Positions 1 to 14,398 of a DNA stretch of 64,000 nucleotides are shown here, in pieces. How positions within the stretch are numbered: the first letter of the stretch is position 1; each line of letters starts with the position of its first letter. The DNA comes from Octopus vulgaris (taxonomy: Eukaryota). Location: the NCBI GenBank assembly GCA_951406725.2, contig OX597820.1:19654001-19718000 (forward strand), in the 5' to 3' direction. The position numbers and the translations under genes are program-made. Under the pieces are notes generated by a model, which saw only the letters and a list, made by a program, of their open reading frames with translations, was not told the origin of the DNA and did no database searches.

Positions 1-540
1 AATTCGAAACGATGTGGATCAACAAGCATTACGTTTTGACAGAGTAATCCGAATGCAAAGAGGGTTTAAATCCTAAATTCTTGATTATGTTTTTAATTTA
101 TTTATTTCAACTTTTTATACTTGTTTCACTCATTAGACAACAGCCATGCTTAAATTCTGTCTCTCAAAGGTTTCACCTGATTTGTGTTGATTATATCGAC
201 TGGTATTTATTTGTATTGGATCTCAAATGAAAGATAATTCCAAGTAGGAGTAAAGATATATAAAAATAAGGCGTAACAAAATATTTTTTTTTTTTTAAAG
301 TCTAAAGTATTTTTGCAAGCACTGAGTTTGCAAGGAACATGGACCTTAAATGATACACACATTATATATATACATGTATATTTGTCTGTCATGCTTTGTA
401 TGTGTGTGTGCTCATTTTCTAGTGTATATTTATGTGTATGCATGGATCTGACGGAATTTATTGAAACTGAATTTTCTGTGGCCGGATGCCCTTCTTGTCA
501 ACAATCTTCTGTTTCCTTACAAGAAACTATGGCCCTATTA

Positions 541-750
541 AGGCGGCGAGCTGGCAGAAACGTTAAGCACACTGGGCGAAATGCTTAGCGGCATTTCGTC
601 TGCCGCTAACGTTCTGAGTTCAAATTCTGCCGAGGTCAACTTTGCCTTTCATCCTTTCGGGGTCGATTAAATAAGTACCAGTTGGGCACTGGGGTCGATG
701 TAATCGACTTAATCCGTTTGTCCCCTTGTGGGCAGTGAAGAAATAAGAAA
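541..750 (+). mobile_element. tRNA-derived SINE family A (Meta-domain-like)
   Basis: Head GGCGGCGAGCTGGCAGAA, B-box GAGTTCAAATT, body GCCTTTCATCCTTTCGGGGTCGAT...AAGTACCAG resembling the MetaSINE domain; many copies in the window. Confidence 0.8.
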
Positions 751-1125
751 CAATGTCCCTATGGATAATCATGTTTCATGATAGACTGGTAATAAAGGAC
801 ACCTATTTGACAGTGACCCTCATTTGTATATATCGCTTGATGTCAAGATAAGAACACACACACACACGTGTGTATGTGTATATATATATATTCGACAGGC
901 CCTTTTCAGTTTCAGTCTATCAAATCAACTCACCAGCTCTGGTCAGCAGAAGATATTTTCTCAGTGTCACACAGTGGACAGAACCCAAAGTCATATGGTT
1001 GAGAAGTAAACTTAACCATCCTGCCATGCTTGCACCTATCACACACACACACACACACATGTATGTAGCTCCCAATAAATGTGTTGAATGCCCTTCTTTC
1101 GTTTGTGTACTCACTCGTGTGTGTG

Positions 1126-1156
<31 letters not shown>

Positions 1157-2069
1157 CTGTGTTTGTTCCCCCCCACATCGTTTGACAACCGATGCTGGTG
1201 TGTTTACGTCCCCGTAACTTAGCGGTTCTACAAAAGAGGCTGATAGAATAAGTACTAGGCTTAGAAAGAATAAGTCCTGGGGTCGATTTGCTCGACTAAA
1301 GGCGGTGCTCCAGCATGGCCGTAGTCACATGACTGAAAACAAGTAAAGGAGTAAAAGAGAGTGTATATATATATATATATATATATATATTCCGATTTTA
1401 AAATAGGCACACCGTGTCCCTTTGTGGTGTAATAGATGACTGAAAGGGTCGGTGACAGAAGGACATCTTGCCGTAAAATACACCCTAGAAAAACGCCTCG
1501 AACCCTTGCCGGCTTAGGAAAACAGACGTAAAAACAGGGGCGGTGGCGGTGGTTGTCAGGCGACGACAACATCCTACTGAGCTTTCCCTATCTTTCTCTA
1601 TCTACCTCCTCCTCTCTCATAGTTCCCATCTGTTTAATTTTACTCCATAGACTAAAGAAAGAAGGCATGCTCTATACAGTGGGTTCGAATCCGCACTATT
1701 TTCGTTTGCGAACCGAAACCACATATCCTCATAGCCAATTTCCATTGTTCATCTTTCTCTTGGTTTTCTTCTCTGGCTCCACTTAAAAAAAAAAAGAAGA
1801 AAAATTCTCATCTATCTGTCTACATTGTAAAATACATGTCTGTTCACACTGTATAGATCTTTCTATTAACTTTCACTCCTACCTCCTCTCAATTTTCCTC
1901 TCTCACTGCTGCTGCTGTGCTACACACTTTGTACTGTCTTCTAGCATCAATATCACAATCACATGTCTCTAGCCATTTTCATCGTCACCGCACCTCCTAC
2001 CCCCACAGCTTTTTGCACTCCCACTATTCCCATTTTTAATCTCCAGCTTAACTCTTACCAATACCATTC

Positions 2070-2250
2070 CCCTCTATTTACTTTTACTATTTCTCTCTCT
2101 CTATTTACTATTACTATTTCTCTCTCTCTCTCTCTATTTAGTTTTACTATATCTCTCTCTCTATTTACTTTTACTCTATCTCTTTCTCTTTTTACTTTTA
2201 CTCTATCTCTTTCTCTATTTACTTTTACTATTTCTCTCTCTCTCTCTATT
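2070..2250. repeat. Pyrimidine-rich minisatellite (~27-30-bp unit CTCTATTTACTTTTACTAT...)
   Basis: About six degenerate units; this explains ORF 1963-2379. Confidence 0.85.
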
Positions 2251-3025
2251 TATCCTTCTTTACTCCACCTCCCTCTTGCACGCATTTCTCTGCTCACTGC
2301 CCCTTATTTTGCTAGTTCTATTGTGAACGTATATGTGGATGTGCTGAATCACTTCCTGCTCTCCTCCACTACACTCTAGATAGCTTCTATTTATAGCCTC
2401 CTGCTTTGGTTTTGGGGTCAAACAGGCTTCAAGACAAAATTTCTCCCCAATTCCTGTCACTGATCACTAATAGTTTTTCCTTTCTTTCCTCCCTACGTCT
2501 TGCTCCCCCCCCCCCCTTCCGTCTCTACTCTCTAAAAGCCTCACCCTCCACCACCTTCTGCTTTTCCTTTTAAGTTTTCTTATCTTTCATTGTGTGGCCC
2601 CTGTTAAAGGTTTTTATCTCTAACATTCCATCATGGAGACTCTCTCTCTCAAAGCATATCAAGAAATAAACTTTCTTTTTTTTTAAATTGTCTTCCACTT
2701 TGTAGGTTAGCATGCGCCGTTGTTATTATTTTTCCTTACACTTGCCTCTAAAGAATAGGTGCTCGTTTTCAAATTCTTGAAAATCTGCTTTTTTTTGTAT
2801 TTATCTATCATTGTTTTAATTCTTGGTTCATAATTCCACTTCATCCCTCATTCACCGTAATAAATATATTGTTAAAATATTTACTATCGTATTTTCGGGC
2901 ACTGAAATACCTGCCTTCAATTTCCCTTCCTTCTTAATTCCCTAATTCTTTAAACATCTCCACACAAGTTTGATCATTGCCAGACTAAAAAAACCAATAA
3001 TAGTACTTATTTAAAACATTAAACA

Positions 3026-3042
3026 TTATATATATATATGTA

Positions 3043-3099
<57 letters not shown>

Positions 3100-3126
3100 G
3101 TGTGTGTATATGTGTATATATATATA

Positions 3127-3157
<31 letters not shown>

Positions 3158-3334
3158 GTGTGTGTATATATATATATGTGTGTGTGTATATATATATATA
3201 TATGTGTGTGTATATATATGTGTGTATATATATATGTGTGTGTATATATATATATGTGTGTGTGTGTGTGTATATATATATATGTGTGTGTGTGTATATA
3301 TATATATGTGTGTGTGTATATATATATATATATA

Positions 3335-3373
<39 letters not shown>

Positions 3374-3452
3374 ATATATATGTGTGTGTATATATATATA
3401 TATATATATGTGTGTGTATATATATATATATGTGTGTGTATATATATATATG
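3026..3452. repeat. Compound (TA)n/(TG)n microsatellite
   Basis: Direct inspection; similar tracts at 8110-8312, 16140-16610, 33345-33460, 34160-34560 and 45290-45450. Confidence 0.95.
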
Positions 3453-3857
3453 TTCCATCCAAACGTTGATTTATTAAATTTATTTATTTATTCACTGACA
3501 ACCACTCACGACGAAATTATTAGATGCTGGTGGACATCTCGCAAGTTTACTAAAAACATCTTTACGATTTCCATGCATTATAAGATTAGCTCAGCTGTGA
3601 ATGTTCTACCTTTTCCATGGTCTGCTAAACAAATCTAGCTTACTGCTTCCATTAGTGTTTTCCCCAGCTAATGTCTTTATTTTTTTTTATATTTTCTTTC
3701 TTCCTTTTTTTTTTTTTTTTTAACATTTTTCATTCGCTCAGAAATATTCTCTTTCCTCTTCTTCTTTCCTTCTTCACATGACAATCTTCTTTTTCTTTTA
3801 AATGTCCGACAAATATGCTATAGCAATGCTTCTGAACGTAGGGACAAGAAAAGAAGG

Positions 3858-4139
3858 AAAGGCAGGAAGGAGGATAATGATTTCTTTTATTTGCCACAGG
3901 GGCACGGACTAGGGAGTACATCACAAGAACAGTCTACTATTTATGTGGAAAGGGGTTACCTAAAAGACAAGAGGAAAGAAAGAGACCAGGCAGTAAAAAG
4001 AAAGGCAGGAAGATAATGATATCTTTTATTTGCCACAGGAGCACGGACTAGGGAGTACATCACAAGAACAGTCTACTATTTATGTGGAAAGGGGTTACCT
4101 AAAAGACAAGGGGAAAGAAAGAGACCAGGCAGTAAAATG
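3858..4139. repeat. 139-bp tandem duplication
   Basis: TCTTTTATTTGCCACAGG...CAGGCAGTAAAA is repeated at offset 139 (3883 and 4022). Confidence 0.9.
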
Positions 4140-6560
4140 AGATAAAACTATATGTTCACAGTACACAAAGTATGTGAACACACAAATGATATTCCTCATG
4201 ATACAGGGCGACCTCAGCGCCTAAATAGGGCCTGATGATATTATTAATATTAATTAATTAATCAACTATCTAATTAATAGATAAATAAATCCAGTTTTTC
4301 ATCAATTGCTGTTAGAAAATAAAAGCCTTTTCCCTCACTCCATAGTGGCTGATTAAATCTTGCACGAAACAGATACCCAGTTATGTCCCTTTACGTTCTG
4401 GGTTCGAACCCTACTAGGAATATAATAATCTCAAGTGCGGCCTTGATTAAATTATCTGCATTCCTTCTCCAAATTTCGTGTCTTTGGCTGTCACTGCTAA
4501 GCATGTTGCTTCCTTTATTCATTGCTTGAAGCGACAGCAAACAAACGAAACTTAGATAGATAGATTAGATAAGATAGATAGATAAGATAGATAGATGCAC
4601 TCGTTTAGTTAAAATAGATGTAGGTCACTTTTGCACAGCTTAATACAAATCTTTTTGAATAATATTGATTTTTGTAACTAGGCACAAAAACTGTTTTTTT
4701 GTTTTTGAATGTTTACATACTTACATCGGCGCGCACAGATTGTGTGTGTGTGCAAATTCATTTTGTTTGTATAAATTTGTGTGGTTCTTTGCGTTGGTCT
4801 GTTTACATCTCCGTAACTTAGCGGTTCACCAAAATGAACCGATAGAATAAGTAAGTACTGCGGTCGATTTGTTCGACTTAAACCCTTCAGGGCTGTGCCC
4901 CAGCACGGCCGCAGTCTGATGGCTGAAACAAGTAAATGGTAAAAGATTGGGGAGCGGGGATATCCTGTAGAAAATAAACTGAAGGATCTAGTGCTATACA
5001 AACTCACCATTTTGTCGTTGGCATCATATTTCACTATTTCCCATTCAATTCTTTTTCCTAACATCTTTGCCTGGAATATTTACTGAGAGGATAGCTTCGA
5101 CATTTTCAGTGAATTTTTTTATCTATCTATCTATCTATCTATCTTTCTGTCTATCATCTATCTATCACCTATCTATCTGTCCATCATCTATCTATCCATC
5201 ATCTATCTATCTATCTGTCCATCATCTATCATCTGTCTGTCTATCTATCTATCTATCTGTCTGTCTGTCTATCTGTCCATCTTTCTTTCTTCTAAAGTAT
5301 CTTATTTAAACCCAACTAATTAAAAGCTGCCGATACTTTTATAAATTGTTCATCACTGCGTTGGGGTGCTGCAATAGTTTGTGTCTGCATCTCGTCATAG
5401 AGGTGTTTCTGTCCCCTTCCTCGAACGAAGGGTATACTCTAATTGCTGGAAATGACAGCCAAATTTCTTGTTGGTTTAAAAAACAAATCAAAACAGAAAT
5501 AGACTAAAAAGGATACGTAATGTAGTTTTAGCTACCCCTGGCTAAATAAACACCACCATCAACAACAAACAACAGTTAAGAAGGCACTGTAGTTATTATT
5601 CCAGTCTTTTTAAAATTACAAAAGTTCTTTTTTGATTTCTGGAATTAACGAGAATTTCAGAGTAACTTGTAAAATTATTGAAATGAAATAGCTTGAAAAT
5701 ATATTTTGTTTTCGTTCCTTTTATCACAATTTCGATACTAGATTATATGTCATTGTTGGATCTATCTAGCATACCTGATAAAACCCAACAACGAAGGCTA
5801 AGACTAAGTGTGGTACTTATTATATCGGTGTCTTTTGTCAAACCGCTAAGTTACAGCGACGTAAACAAAAACTACACTGATTGTCATGCGGTGAGAAAGG
5901 GGCACAACCACAAAAACATGTACACGTGTGTGCGCGTGTCTGCATTATATTATTCACTTACAACGTATTGGTTGGGCCAAGGATTTCGTAGACATTCGTT
6001 CAAAGTGCCCTCATGTAGGACTGAACCGCAAAATATGTGGTTGCAAGGCGAGTTCCTTAACCACGTAGCTATGCTGTATATGTTCTGAATTTTGTTTTTT
6101 GATATCTAAAATTGTATTATAATATTAACGTTTTTGTATAACTGATGGGGGGCTGTCGAAGTGTACGGCTTACCACAGGAGCGCAGCACATGATGAGGGG
6201 TAGTGGTTCTTGTGTCTGGAGCCACCGATTCTCAACTACGGGTGTGGGCATAATCGATCAATAATCGATGGCACCTTGGCTCAGTTTTAAACAAGTGTAT
6301 GATTACCAGGCACAGACATCTATATACACGTATTCTTTAATTTATATGTAATGATTTTTAAACAAGAAAATGTGCCAACTGAATTTTTACTAATATCGTC
6401 TGTTGGTCGTGTGTGTTATGGAATTGAAGAAGTGGATACCCGAGGAATTGGGTTCGACATTTCCCAAGCCTTATTGTAACCCTAAATTTATACCCAACTT
6501 CCCTTGCATTCCTGTAGAACCTTCTCTAGTTATTAAATTTCTCATTCTGTGTGTGTGTAT

Positions 6561-6617
6561 TCGGTGAGCGTTAGACCGAGCATCTAAAGGATCCCGGTTC
6601 AATCCCGGGGTTCGACA
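6561..6617 (+). pseudogene. 5'-truncated, degenerate tRNA-Phe-like sequence
   Basis: GAGCGTTAGACcgagcATCTAAAGG...GGTTCaATCCCGGGgTTCGaCA aligns with eukaryotic tRNA-Phe; the anticodon is mutated and the acceptor 5' strand is missing. Confidence 0.6.
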
Positions 6618-6943
6618 TCCCGTGGCTGGTCTGCTTTCATATAATCGCTGGCCTGACTATATGGTAATAAGTTTGCTTCCCAGCCACATGGTTCCAGGTT
6701 CAGTCCCATTGTGAGTGGGTTTCATGGACGGAAACTAAAAGAAGCCCGTCTTGTGTCTGCGTCCCTTCATCCCCGTTTGACAAGCGTTGTTGGTGTGTTT
6801 ATATCCTCCATAACCTAGTGGTACTGGTAAAGTGACCGATAGAATAAGTACCAGGCTTTAAAAAAATAAGTTCTGGGGTCGATTTATTCGAATAAAACTC
6901 CAGTGCCTCCACATGACCGCTGTGAAAATGACTGAAACAAGTT

Positions 6944-6974
<31 letters not shown>

Positions 6975-7192
6975 ATGTTAAGAAGTGGCGGTAAACCGGA
7001 TAACGTCCATAGTCACTGGACTGGCGCAAATAAACTTGCACTTTACGTTTGTCTTGGTTTTCCGGATTGTTACCCTACACTGTATATGGGCGTGTGTGCG
7101 TGTGTTACTTACGAACATGCGCATAATATAACTGGTATGAACTAAAAATGCTCTTGCAGTTTAATATGGATTCATACACCATTTATATATAG

Positions 7193-7228
<36 letters not shown>

Positions 7229-7251
7229 ATATATATATATATATATATATA

Positions 7252-7641
7252 AGGCGCAGGAGTGGCTGTGTGGTAAGTAACTTGTTTACCAACCGCATGG
7301 TTCCGGGTTCAGTCCCACTGCGTGGCACCATGGGCAAGTGTCTTCTACTATAGCCTCGGGCCGACCAATGCCTTGTGAGTGGATTTGGTAGACGGAAACT
7401 GAAAGAAGCCCGTCATATATATGTATGTATATATATATATGCGCGTGTATATATATGTGTGTCTGTGTTTGTCCGCCTAGCATTGCTTGACAACCGATGC
7501 TGGTGTGTTTACGTCCCCGTCACTTAGCGGTTCGCCAAAAGAGACCGATAGAATAAGTATTGTGCTTACAAAGAATAAGTCCCGACTAAAGGCGGTGCTC
7601 CAGCATGGCCGCAGTCAAATGACTGAAACAAGTAAAAGAGT
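7252..7641 (+). mobile_element. tRNA-derived SINE family B, full length (CORE-like, internal TA/TG microsatellite)
   Basis: A-box TGGCTGTGTGG, B-box GGTTCAGTCC, CORE-like TGGGCAAGTGTC, tail CAGCATGGCCGCAGTCAAATGACTGAAACAAGTAAAAGAG. Confidence 0.85.
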
Positions 7642-8166
7642 AATGAGTATATATATGGTGAAATATGTGAACTGGCATCATTTTGTCATCTCTTCAAGTT
7701 TGTGCTGAGATAAGAAAGCAATAAGGCCAAGGGACACAACTCAGTTGGCTAGAAAAATGTTTTACACTGTGCGCGCGCGCGCGTGACAACAGAAACACTG
7801 AAGAATGTGTTTTATCATATTTGTAATAAAATATAAATAATTATCTAAACAATATTGAAGTGGATTTTATAACCCGAGCTATTTAAAAATTGTAAAAAGT
7901 TTCTTTCACTTCCAGACTTAACAGAGGGAAAATTTTATTATAACTTCAAATTATTCAAAATTTGTTTATTTATAACAATGTTAGTATAACTAGATATAAA
8001 TTACATTTCGTATAAAATTATTCATGTAGTTTAAATATAGCTATTTTGATAAATAAACTAAATATATTTAAATGTCTTTTGAAGTCCTTTAAACAGTCTC
8101 TGTTAGGTATGTGTGTGTATATATATATACACACATACACACACACATATATATATATACACACAT

Positions 8167-8286
<120 letters not shown>

Positions 8287-8903
8287 GTGTGTGTATATAT
8301 ATATATATATATAATACCAGGAAAATGGTGATTGTTTATATTGGCAGAAATCCTTTGATCATGTTCGCAAATTTGGATTAGAGTGTATTGCATGGAAACA
8401 CACTGTTTATACAGTATGAAAACTTGATCCGAATTTGTTAAAAATCTAGTGTGTTATCACTATTTCTTTGAACATTACCATGTATTTTACTGCATAGTTG
8501 TATATAATAACTTTTAAGTGTTTGTGGCATATTATTTCTCATTATCGGCATATTAATTATTGGAAACATGAAGTTAAACAGTTATATAGAATTTACTGAC
8601 AGTAAATCAGTCACTAATTTAAGTTTTCAATTTTTTGTGCAGCTGTAGCTGTGCTGTATGTTTGCATTGCATCATACATATATATGCACAAGTATGCGCA
8701 TATCTGTCGTTTATGTTATTTATATAAACAAGATAGAAGTGATGTGTTTTGTTTCTGTGCATGTATAATAAGAATGTTTGTTGTCAGGGACTTCGAAGTT
8801 AAGTTTCAGAACAATGAATTTGTACTCAACAAATGTATCGGAGTAGCTCATCAGATTAATGTAAAATTAGTTTTTATTATAACTAAACATAAAAATAAAC
8901 AAT

Positions 8904-8935
<32 letters not shown>

Positions 8936-9507
8936 GCACCACCTGGAAAAGAAATTTAACTGCTTAGATTTCACCCAGGCCCTCCATGCAGGGTTGGTCC
9001 CATATTATATAATTTAAGGCTCTAAAATCTTGTTGTTGTTTTTCCCCCCCTCTCCTGGATAAGTGTTGCTATAATTTAGGTGCATCTAGTTTTGCCCATG
9101 TGTCTTTTGTGCCATCAAATATTTGTTTCTTTTTGACTAAACGGCAGCCAGCACTTAAGAATTGAGGATAATTTGGTAATTTTATATCATGCTTTCACTA
9201 ACAGCTCTCACTCACCGCTCTGCACCCTTGAGTGACTAACCTAACAGTATCCGGGATGTGGCACCTGGAGAGAGAGGGGAATAGGGAGACGTGGTGGTGG
9301 GGGGAGAACTGCTTCAACACCACACGATTAGTACTTTTCTTTATAGACTCGAAAAAAATGAAGGGCTAAGTTGACCTCAGCGGGATTTGAACTCAGAGCT
9401 TCAGAAGTCAATCCATTTTATCCAACACTCTAACAACTTTACCAGTCTACCTATTCTTGTTTGGGCCATGTCTACCCTAAACAGCAACTCTATCCTTTAA
9501 AAGTTGA

Positions 9508-10031
9508 GGTGTCTTCTACTATAGCCTCGGGCCAACCAAAGCCTTGTGAGTGGATTTGGTAGGCGGAAAAACTGAAAGAAGCCCGTCGTATATATATGTG
9601 TGTGTGTGTGTGTGTGTATCATCATCATCATCGTTTAACGTCCGTTTTCCATGCTAGCATGGGTTGGACAGTTCGACTGGGGTCTGGGAAGCCAGGAGGC
9701 TACACCAGGCTCCAGTCTGATCTGGCCGTGTTTCTACAGCTAGATGCCCTTCCTAATGCCAACCACTCCATGACTGTAGTGGGTGTTGTTTACGTGCCAG
9801 GTATATATATATAGATATATACGTGTGTGTGTGTGTATATGTTTGTCCCCCCCAACATCGCTTGACAACCGATGCTGGTGTGTTTACGTTCCCGTAACTT
9901 AGCAGTTTGGCAAAAGAGACCAATAGAATAAGCACTAGGCTTACAAAGAATAAGTCCTGGGGTCGATTTGCTCGACTAAAGGCGGTGCTCCAGCATGGCC
10001 ACAGTCAAATGACTGAAACAAGTAAAAGAGT
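9508..10031 (+). mobile_element. SINE family B interrupted by a second SINE fragment (about 9620-9800, minus strand, CAT-repeat tail)
   Basis: Family B halves flank an inverted fragment of a different family, also seen at about 22385-22490, 30530-30790 and 57540-57680. Confidence 0.7.
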
Positions 10032-10136
10032 ATCTGTATTTATTTGGTTTGCCTAATTCCATGATTATTCTCTGTTAAAATTTATATCCTCATCAACTCC
10101 TTCCTAGATATCCATGATATTTTTTTAACTCCTGTA

Positions 10137-10523
10137 TCTCTCTCTATATAAACGGCAGTTTGTCTGTGCGTGTTTCTGTGTGTCTGTTTTCTCGTACCCT
10201 CACCCTGACCACGGCTTTCAACCGATTCTGATGAAACTTGACACACACATAGCCCAATGTCATAATTCAAAACTAACGCAGCGAAAATTTTGAAAAATTC
10301 CCCCAGTTCTGGAAAAAATCGATAAATTCGACATGGAGTCGAGAATCAGAAACCCAAACCACAGATCGTCTAGGGGACGCAACTCCACCTTTTTTAACTC
10401 TCAAAAAAAAAATTTACCATAATTTTTTTTCCATTTTTTTGCTATTTTTTGGCTATAACTCTCTAAAAATGTTTTATAGTTATTTCCCTTACAAACCTGA
10501 GCAACGCCGGGCGATACTGCTAG
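10137..10523 (+). mobile_element. Non-autonomous Helitron
   Basis: 5' TC, 3' CTAG, inserted between A and T with no TSD; subterminal hairpin-like CCTGAGCAACGCCGGG; internal (TGTC) microsatellite. Confidence 0.8.
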
Positions 10524-10550
10524 TTAATGATATAACTTCTGTGGTAGCAG

Positions 10551-11310
10551 ACTAGCTACAATTAGTACTATAACTCATGTATTTGGCTCTTGCTTATGTA
10601 GTTCCTATAGTTCTTTTGTCTAGCTACACTTGGCGACATAATTTTGCATCTAGCTACATTTGGTGGTATAAGTTCCTGTGTCTAGTTACACTTGGCAATA
10701 TAGTTTTTGTGTGTCTAAGGCAGTGAGCTGGCAGAATCATTAGCACACCAGGCAAAATATTTGGTAGCATATCATCCGTCTTTATGTTCTGAGTTCAAAT
10801 TCCGCCGAGGTCGACTTTGCCTTTCATCCTTTCGGGGTCGATAAATTCAGTACCAGTTACACACTGGGATCTATTTAATCAACTTGATTCATTTGTCTGT
10901 CCTTGTTTGTCCCCTCTATGTTTAGCCCCTTGTAGGCAATAAAGAAATAAGAATCATTCGCACACCAGGCAAAATGTTTGGTGGCATATCATCCGTCTTT
11001 ATGTTCTGAGTTCAAATTCCACCAAAGCTGACTTTGCCTTTCATCCTTTCGGGATCTATAAAATAAATACCAGTCGAAAACTGGGGCCAATGCAATCAAC
11101 TTACTCCCTCCCCTGAAATTGCTGGCCCTGATGTCAAAATTTGAAACCAATATTATTAGTGCCTAGCTGCACTTGGTAGTACAGTTCCCATTTAAGTACA
11201 CTTTACGATATAATTCCTGTGTTGGGTTACGTTTGGTAAAATAGTTCTTCAGTCTAGCTTCACTTGGCAATATAATTCTTGTGGATATCTACACTTGGTA
11301 ATATAGGTCC
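10551..11310. repeat. Degenerate ~30-bp minisatellite (TCTAGCTACACTTGGCAATATAGTT...), split by a SINE dimer
   Basis: About ten decayed units at 10551-10712 and 11161-11310. Confidence 0.7.
10718..11150 (+). mobile_element. SINE family A head-to-tail dimer
   Basis: Two consecutive copies joined at about 10950. Confidence 0.8.
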
Positions 11311-11954
11311 TACAGCTAGTAATGTACTCTATTTACCTGCATATAAATTGCATTATTTCATACTTCATTTTAACTGGGGCATAAAAATTTATTTTTCGAA
11401 AAACTGGAGTGCAACTTATACAAGGGGGCAAAGCTAAAATTCTCTCTCTCTCTGAGAGGCACAAGCACCTACACACACAGCAGTAACTTACGCCTACCAA
11501 ATTCAATCACAAAGCTTCGGTTGGCCTGAGGCTATAGTAAAAGACACCTGCCCAAAGTGCCACGCGGTGGGGCTGAACCCGAAACCATGTAGCTAGGAAG
11601 CAAGCTCCCTAACCACACAGCCATGCCCATGCCTACGAAGGGAAATAATTTGGCACCAAGATTTATCACTAACATAGGGATAGGACTTCAACAGTAGTTT
11701 TGTGTTGTAGGTGTCTAACTGTAATGGTTTGTTCTGTGACAAATATTTTAACTGTAATAGTCAGTGTTGTCACACAACTTTCATTCAGAACCGAACAATT
11801 TATTTTCTTCGCAGTACAACTGTTTTATATAATTTGTTTTCTCTCTGTGTTTTCTGTCTCAATTTTCCCCTCCCTCATCTCTCTCTCTCTCTTTTTATCG
11901 CCTTTTACTAATCTTTTGCTTCCCTACTTTTATGCTATTGATTTTGTAGGTTGG

Positions 11955-12001
11955 TAGGTAGGCAGGCAGGTAGGCAAGTAAGAGAAAATAGAGAGGTAGG
12001 C

Positions 12002-12073
<72 letters not shown>

Positions 12074-12340
12074 GGCTAGATAGATAGATGGACAGGTAGA
12101 TAGATAGATAGATGGACAGGTAGATAGATAGATAGATAGATAGATAGATGGATAGATAGATAGATAGATAGATGGACAGGTAGATAGATAGATGGACAGG
12201 TAGATAGATAGATAAATAGGTAGATGGACAGGTAGGTAGATAGATAGATGGACAGATAGATAGATAGGTAGGTAGGCAGATAGATAGATAGGTAGATGGA
12301 CAGATAGGTAGGTAGGTAGATGGATAGGTAGGTATGTAGA
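11955..12340. repeat. (GATA/GACA/GGTA)n microsatellite
   Basis: Direct inspection; a complementary (TCTA)n tract lies at 5120-5280. Confidence 0.95.
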
Positions 12341-13012
12341 GAGATGTGTTTAAGCTTCTGTAAACACTTCTTTTTTCTTGTTATGAGAAATCACTGACCA
12401 TCCTTCTTTTGAGTGCCATCTATTCTATTCTCACACCTGTCTGTGATTAGCTTTCTATGACTGAGCTTAGAACACAAATGTTTACTGTGTCTTACAATTA
12501 CCTTTACAGTTATTTTCCTATTATAATTTTTCAGGCTTTCTTTTTTCTTTCTTTTTATTTTGGTCTTTTTTTTCCCCCATTAATATGTATGTGTGTGTGC
12601 TGAAATTTCAAAAAATTTATGTGTTCTCCTAGAGTATAAAATTCAGGCTACCATTTATTTTTTGTCAGGATATGGAGAGACTACTACACTGATGTTTCAA
12701 AATAAATGTCAGAGAAAGTGGGGGGACTGAGCACTTGATCATATTAACAAATGATTTTTTTTTACCCACATCTTCCCTTTTATTTTGCAATGTATAAAAG
12801 TGAAGCTTAATTTAGCAGAAGTGCTTTCATTAGACAGTTAGTTATAAGATAATCATGGCTATTTCACCATGCTATCAAATTAAAATCTTTATATAGATAT
12901 CTGTGTGTGTTGGTATATGTTGTTGCCTTGTAAATTCTTGTTAATAATTTGCTTGCACTCACATGTGACTACACACATATGCTGTGCTCTCATCTACATG
13001 GATCTTTGTAAT

Positions 13013-13412
13013 AGTTTCGTCTGCCGCTACGTTCTGAGTTCAAATTCCACCGAGGTCGACTTTGCCTTTCGTCCTTTCAGGGTCGATGGAATATGTACCA
13101 GTTGCACACTGGGGTCGATATAATCAACTTAATCCATTGTCTGCCCTTGTTTGTCCCCTCTGTGTCTAGCCCCTTGTGGGCATTAAAGAAATAAGAAACA
13201 TTAGTATGCCGGACGAAATGCTTAGTGGTATTTTGTCTGCTGCTACGTTCTGAGTTCAAATTCCGCCGAGGTCGACTTTGCCTTTCATCCTTTCAGAGTC
13301 GATGAAATATGTACCAGTTGCACACTGGAGTCGATATAATCAACTTAATCCATTTGTCTGCCCTTGTTTGTCCCCTCTGTGTCTAGCCCCTTGTGGGCAT
13401 TAGAGAAATAAG
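13013..13412 (+). mobile_element. SINE family A tandem dimer
   Basis: Two near-identical units sharing the diagnostic variant ATATGTACCAGTTGCACAC. Confidence 0.8.
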
Positions 13413-14398
13413 AATAAAATAGTAAACAAATGGATCCATAGATTAAAAAATGGTTGAAAACTACAAAATGAATTCACAAGATACTGGTCTGCTCAAGGTT
13501 ATAGTAGGAGACTCTTGCCCTAAGTATTGTAGTGCATTGGGATTGAACCCCAAAACCATACAAATGCAAAGCCTGTTTCTTAACCACCCAGCCATGCCTC
13601 CTCTATCTCTCTCTCTCTCTTTATATTAAAATATACTCATTCCTGTGTTTACTAGCGGTTGCATGTCACTTGTAAGATGTGATTGATTAGAGATAAAGGA
13701 ATCTCTTTTACTTGTCTCAGTCATTGAACTGTAGCCATGGTAAGAATCTTCTTTGAAGGGTTTTTTTTTTAATCCAGTAAATCACCACCTGTACTTTTAT
13801 CTCCTTATAAATTTGGTAAATACTCTATCGGTTTCTTTTGGCAAACCACTACCTTACAGAGATGTACTCAAACAAACACCAGTTGTCAAGCATTGGGGTA
13901 GGGACACGGACACACACACACAATTGGCTTCCACATAATTTCTTTCTACCAAATTCACTCACAAGGCATTGGTCGACTTGGGGCTATAAGAGAAGATGCT
14001 TGCCCAAAGTGCCCTGCAGTGGGACTGAACCCAAAACCACATGACTATGCATAAGAGTTGAAGTGGTTCAATTTTTTGCCTATCGGTTGTTACAGCTAAA
14101 AATGTAAAACTTTTTTTAAATTTTAATTTTTTTTATTTACATCAATATACAGGTAACTAACACATTGGGGAGTAGACTTTTAAAGGCTTCAATATGCTTT
14201 ATTTTTGGCATGGATAAATAAAAAATTTTCCTAACACTAGGTTGAAAAAAAAAATCAATTTATTTACATCTGTGAGATTTACAAGAAGACACAGCCATCC
14301 TGTATGACTTATGAGCAAACACTGAGTCAGAATCACGTGGTCTTGGTTATATATGCGTTTTAGAGGTGTCCAATGAATCGGTATCTGTGACTCAATTA

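Noticed and set aside
2985-3638. Long ORFs rich in YI/HT/CV dipeptides (also 8018-8381, 16020-16611, 33217-33640 and 34138-34579)
   Set aside because: Translations of (TA)n/(TG)n microsatellites, which lack stops by construction.
6561-6617. Functional tRNA-Phe gene
   Set aside because: The 5' acceptor strand and D-arm are missing and the anticodon is altered; the other tRNA-like A/B boxes in the window are SINE heads.
8352-8360. Perfect TCF/LEF site CCTTTGATC near the inferred promoter (possible Wnt feedback)
   Set aside because: A single 9-mer has a substantial chance of occurring in 64 kb on two strands; unsupported without conservation or ChIP data.
10551-11310. ~30-bp periodic repeat superficially like a CRISPR array
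   Set aside because: Degenerate contiguous units with no unique spacers, no cas genes, and a eukaryotic context; it is a minisatellite.
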